Shown here: positions 60,384 through 64,000 of the stretch, in pieces
How positions within the stretch are numbered: the first letter of the stretch is position 1
How the letters are laid out: each line of letters opens with the position of its first letter
Assembly: GCA_965249485.1 (NCBI GenBank)
Contig: OZ252239.1
Span: 736,001-800,000, forward strand
Source of the DNA: a bacterium
GTDB lineage: Bacteria; SM23-31
Direction of reading: 5' to 3'
DNA: 64,000 bases
Position numbers and translations under genes: made by a program
The notes under the pieces: generated by a model
Told to the model about the DNA's origin: nothing
The model's input: only the letters and a program-made list of their open reading frames with translations
Database searches by the model: none

Positions 60384-61691
60384 TTGAAAAAAATGGTTTG
60401 TCCAAAAAACTTTAATCGGATACTGTTTACCATTCTTGCTTTAGTGTTGCTGCCTCTGAGCTCATCATTTGGGCAAAACGAGACGGTAAAAGTTTTGACG
60501 GTGGAAAGTGCAATAACGCCAGTAAGTGCTGAATATATCATGAAAGCGATTGAGCAGGCAGAGTTGGAAAACGCCGAGTGCATCATCATTCAACTCGATA
60601 CACCCGGCGGTCTGATGACTTCAATGGAAGATATCATCAAGAAAATATTAGGATCACAAGTTCCCGTAATTGTTTATGTGGCCCCGAGCGGTGCAACCGC
60701 AGGTTCAGCCGGAGTGTTTATCACCATGTCTGCTCACATTGCAGCGATGGCGCCGGCAACGAACATCGGTGCAGCCCATCCAGTCAGTCTCGGATCTCCA
60801 GTCGATACGGCGAGTGTCATGGAAGAAAAAATCACCAATAACGCCGCGGCATATGCCCGCTCTATTGCCGAGAAAAGGGACAAAAATGCGGATTGGGCGG
60901 AAAAAGCAGTGCGCGAAAGTGTTTCGATTACGTCGAACGAAGCGCTCGAAATCGGTGTAATTGACCTCATTGTCCCGACAGTCGATTCTCTACTTTCCGC
61001 GATAGACGGCAGGGAAATTGAAGTAATTCTCGGCACCAAAACGCTCAAAACAAAAGAGGCGCGAATCGAAGAAATTGAACTCGGTTTGCGGTACAGGATA
61101 CTCTCCCTGATTGTCGACCCGAATATAGCTTACATATTCATGATGCTCGGTATGGCAGGTGTAATGCTTGAACTCTACAATCCAGGCTCGATTTTCCCTG
61201 GAGTCATTGGCGGTATTTCTCTTATTCTTGCCTTTTACGCGATGCAGACACTGCCCGTTAATTACGCTGGGCTCTTACTCATAATTCTTGCTGTTGTACT
61301 CTTTATTCTGGAGGTCAAAGTGACAAGTTTCGGAATGCTGACGGTCGGCGGCATTGTTGCGCTTACGTTAGGTTCGGTTATGCTGTTTGATTCCCCGGAA
61401 GCAATTCTGCGTGTTTCCTGGAAAGTGATAATCCCGACAGTGATGTTGACGGCGTTATTCTTTAGCATCATTATCGGTCTTGCAATCAAAGCGCAAAAAA
61501 GACGTCCTTCCATCGGGAATGAAGCTTTAATCGGGGAAACGGGAGTCGCTCAGACTCGAATCAGGAAAGAAGGCCAGATATTGCTGCACGGCGAGATTTG
61601 GAAAGCAACAAGTGAGGATACAATAAAAAAAGGTGACTCGGTAAAGGCGATCAGCATTAAAAATCTCGAAGTGAAAGTGGAAAAAATTTGA
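60384..61691 (+). CDS. nfeD: NfeD-like membrane-bound serine protease (ClpP class)
   Basis: LDTPGG, A.SAG, IGAAHP, TM bundle, GE.W OB domain; upstream of an SPFH gene. Confidence 0.92.
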   Translation: MKKMVCPKNFNRILFTILALVLLPLSSSFGQNETVKVLTVESAITPVSAEYIMKAIEQAELENAECIIIQLDTPGGLMTSMEDIIKKILGSQVPVIVYVAPSGATAGSAGVFITMSAHIAAMAPATNIGAAHPVSLGSPVDTASVMEEKITNNAAAYARSIAEKRDKNADWAEKAVRESVSITSNEALEIGVIDLIVPTVDSLLSAIDGREIEVILGTKTLKTKEARIEEIELGLRYRILSLIVDPNIAYIFMMLGMAGVMLELYNPGSIFPGVIGGISLILAFYAMQTLPVNYAGLLLIILAVVLFILEVKVTSFGMLTVGGIVALTLGSVMLFDSPEAILRVSWKVIIPTVMLTALFFSIIIGLAIKAQKRRPSIGNEALIGETGVAQTRIRKEGQILLHGEIWKATSEDTIKKGDSVKAISIKNLEVKVEKI

Positions 61692-61789
61692 TAGTCCGGG
61701 TACAATCTGAACATTACGTAAATATACCACATAGATTATAATAACTCCATATTCAGCAGTACTATTCTCCAATGAGAAAGGAGTAAATC

Positions 61790-62554
61790 ATGCCTCCTGT
61801 TACATCTGGTTTTATTGTCGTCAGTATCATAGCGATATTCCTATTAGCCAGTATGATCAAAATCCTCAGGGAATATGAGCGAGGTGTCATTTTCCGTTTG
61901 GGACGCTTGATCGGGGTAAAAGGGCCCGGCATTATCATTCTGATCCCGTTGATCGATCGTATGGTCAAAATCAGTCTTCGTACTATCGTTATGGATGTTC
62001 CTCCACAGGATATCATAACAAAAGACAATGTCTCAGTCAAGGTGAATGCCGTGATCTATTTCAGGGTGTTGGGCGCTGATAAGGCAGTGGTGGAGGTGGA
62101 AAACTTTATGTTTGCAACATCACAGCTCGCACAGACGACACTCCGGAGCGTTCTCGGCCAGGCAGAGCTTGACGAACTCCTTTCCGAGCGCGATAAAATT
62201 AATCTGAAACTACAGCAGATCATAGACAGTCATACCGATCCGTGGGGTATCAAAGTCTCAATGGTCGAGGTAAAACACATCGACCTGCCGCAGGAGATGC
62301 AACGTGCAATGGCAAAACAAGCAGAAGCCGAACGTGAACGGCGCGCGAAAATCATCGCAGCGGAAGGTGAGTTTCAGGCAGCAACCAAGCTTGGCGAAGC
62401 TGCTGAGATCATCAGTAAGAATCCGAGTACGCTGCAGCTCCGTTATCTCCAGACACTAGTCGAAATCTCAAGTGCAGGTACTTCTTCGACTATTATTCCT
62501 CTACCGATCGATCTGCTGAAGCCTATAATTGATAAATTGGGTGGCAGTAAATAG
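61790..62554 (+). CDS. Slipin/stomatin (SPFH, band 7) protein
   Basis: [45 protein letters not shown]. Confidence 0.95.
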   Translation: MPPVTSGFIVVSIIAIFLLASMIKILREYERGVIFRLGRLIGVKGPGIIILIPLIDRMVKISLRTIVMDVPPQDIITKDNVSVKVNAVIYFRVLGADKAVVEVENFMFATSQLAQTTLRSVLGQAELDELLSERDKINLKLQQIIDSHTDPWGIKVSMVEVKHIDLPQEMQRAMAKQAEAERERRAKIIAAEGEFQAATKLGEAAEIISKNPSTLQLRYLQTLVEISSAGTSSTIIPLPIDLLKPIIDKLGGSK

Positions 62555-62585
62555 TAATACACTCTGTGTAAAAGAGAACTCTCAT

Positions 62586-62620
62586 AAAAAGGGTGCAGTC
62601 CGGTCTACTGCACCCTTTTT
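62586..62620. terminator. Intrinsic terminator after nfeD-slipin
   Basis: AAAAAGGGTGCAGT...ACTGCACCCTTTTT. Confidence 0.85.
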
Positions 62621-62746
62621 GTAAACAAAATGTATTCGGTACCTGAAGTTTTTCACCCCCTATAATTGAGTGATTCGAGTTTTCAGCCGAAAATGAGTAT
62701 AGAAGATCACACGCATTATATATAGTTGACACTGTAGGCACAAACA

Positions 62747-63331
62747 ATGAATTTTTTTGTTATCATAACATCAATAGTGTTTCTAAGCGGAGCCTTTTCA
62801 ATTGACGAAAGCTCTGCCCAATCGGTGCAGCAGAACACCATACCATATGCAACATTTCCGTCAAAATTTCCACCATCCGCAGAAATAGTCTCTGCCCGAT
62901 ACTATCAAGAGTCCGCAAGCAGAGGTGGTATCATGATTGGACTGAAATCGCTCTTATTCGGACCGCGTATTGGGCTCGAAGCCAACGAAAGCGTGCCGAT
63001 ATCATTCATAGAAAAAGCGAATCTTTTCGTACCTCTTGCCCCATTTCAAGCGTATTCGGAAAACGGTATCAAGGGATTCCTCACGAGCGCGTTTATCGGA
63101 CCTCGTGTTGGGATGGAAATCAAAGAGCGAAAAATCCGAAGAAAAGAAAAGATCGGCCTGCTTATCATGGCCGGTATTACCTACCATCTCATGACTTCGA
63201 AACCCTCGTCAAGCGGTGTTATATCCGAGGTTATCCTCGGTGCGTTCCTGTCACGTTTATGGCCTGCGTATGAAGCCTACCGCGGCAAAACCATGACCGA
63301 CATCGATATCACAGAAAACCTCCGCAAATAA
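62747..63331 (+). CDS. Hypothetical exported/membrane protein with internal duplication
   Basis: Signal peptide; two S...GPR.G.E..E units. Confidence 0.65.
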   Translation: MNFFVIITSIVFLSGAFSIDESSAQSVQQNTIPYATFPSKFPPSAEIVSARYYQESASRGGIMIGLKSLLFGPRIGLEANESVPISFIEKANLFVPLAPFQAYSENGIKGFLTSAFIGPRVGMEIKERKIRRKEKIGLLIMAGITYHLMTSKPSSSGVISEVILGAFLSRLWPAYEAYRGKTMTDIDITENLRK

Positions 63332-63412
63332 GTAATGATTTCCTGAAAGTCAACAATTTTCATATACATTCTGATAATTATTTTCTGATTCCTCAAAACA
63401 CTATAATCAAAC

Positions 63413-63465
63413 TGTCACTCCAGCTGGAATTCTAACAATCTACCGGGACGAAATGGAGAAATCTC
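63413..63465 (+). repeat. Degenerate REP-like intergenic element (type A)
   Basis: TGTCACTCCAGCTGGAA...CGGGACGAAATGGAGAAATCTC. Confidence 0.4.
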
Positions 63466-63765
63466 AACATTAATGATTATTTTATAAAAAGTCATTCGAG
63501 ATCATCATTCTGTAAGGGGCCGAGCATCTGACGAGGAGTTTATAATTTAAAGAAAAGAGCTATATTCTAAATAATTAAGAAAACAAGTCCATAATGATTA
63601 GATATATGTTTTAAACACGGGTCTGAAAACTTTAAAACGAGTAGTATTAAAAAAAAACGTGCAAATATAATAAAAACCTCACTATATTTTATAAAGCACA
63701 TATATCATTCCTTACATTATAGACATTTTCTTACTCCTGACTATCCCGAGAAAGGAGATAATATC

Positions 63766-64000
63766 ATGGGTATGTGGTCTACATTTGTCGATGTAATCCA
63801 GAACGGTATCCTTGTATTTACCAATGTCTTCGGGGGGAGCATGGGTACGGCGATCATTGCTGTCTCACTGCTCATTCGCATGGCATTGTTCCCGCTCACA
63901 CTAAAGCTCGCACATCGTTCTTTCATTCGTAACAATATGCTCATAAAACTGAAACCAGAACTTGACACGTTGAAGATACATTTCAAGAATCAACCGGACC
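63766..64000 (+). CDS. Short YidC/Oxa1-family membrane insertase, runs off the right edge (not in ORF track)
   Basis: AAGGAG RBS; MGMWSTF...G.AII...L.IR.AL.PL....LKPEL..LK..F. Confidence 0.8.
   Translation, partial: MGMWSTFVDVIQNGILVFTNVFGGSMGTAIIAVSLLIRMALFPLTLKLAHRSFIRNNMLIKLKPELDTLKIHFKNQPD

Overview
A 64-kb bacterial chromosomal window with moderately low GC. The organism is Gram-negative (BamA/TamA-type and TolC genes), and a 'YPNPFNP' FlgD/T9SS-like C-terminal domain suggests an FCB-group lineage; the taxon is inference. From left to right it holds: a truncated BamA/TamA-family gene; tig-clpP-clpX-engB; a surface-polysaccharide locus; a peptidase-rich stretch (M28, M16 pair, two M19, M14) with NhaC; a detoxification/heavy-metal block (CadA/ZntA, MBL hydrolase, dhaA-tetR-VOC-tag, arsR-SRPBCC, DoxX, CopA, CusCBA-like); M20 peptidase, bfr and S9 peptidase; a DUF4062-TPR gene; a stand-alone MamK-like actin; a macrodomain gene coupled to a small Cys protein; nfeD-slipin; and a truncated YidC-like gene. 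No rRNA, tRNA, CRISPR array or transposase was recognised. The strongest leads are: (1) an orphan MamK-family actin with Gln at the catalytic Glu position, split by a 1-nt frameshift; (2) an unannotated, probably sigma54-driven sRNA with three hairpins at about 16220-16348 (-); (3) an AT-rich DUF4062-TPR candidate defence gene; (4) a decayed secreted Met/His-rich protein and a duplicated cusA 3' end inside the copper locus; (5) several single-base lesions and degenerate REP-like elements. All family calls come from motif recognition by eye, not from database searches.
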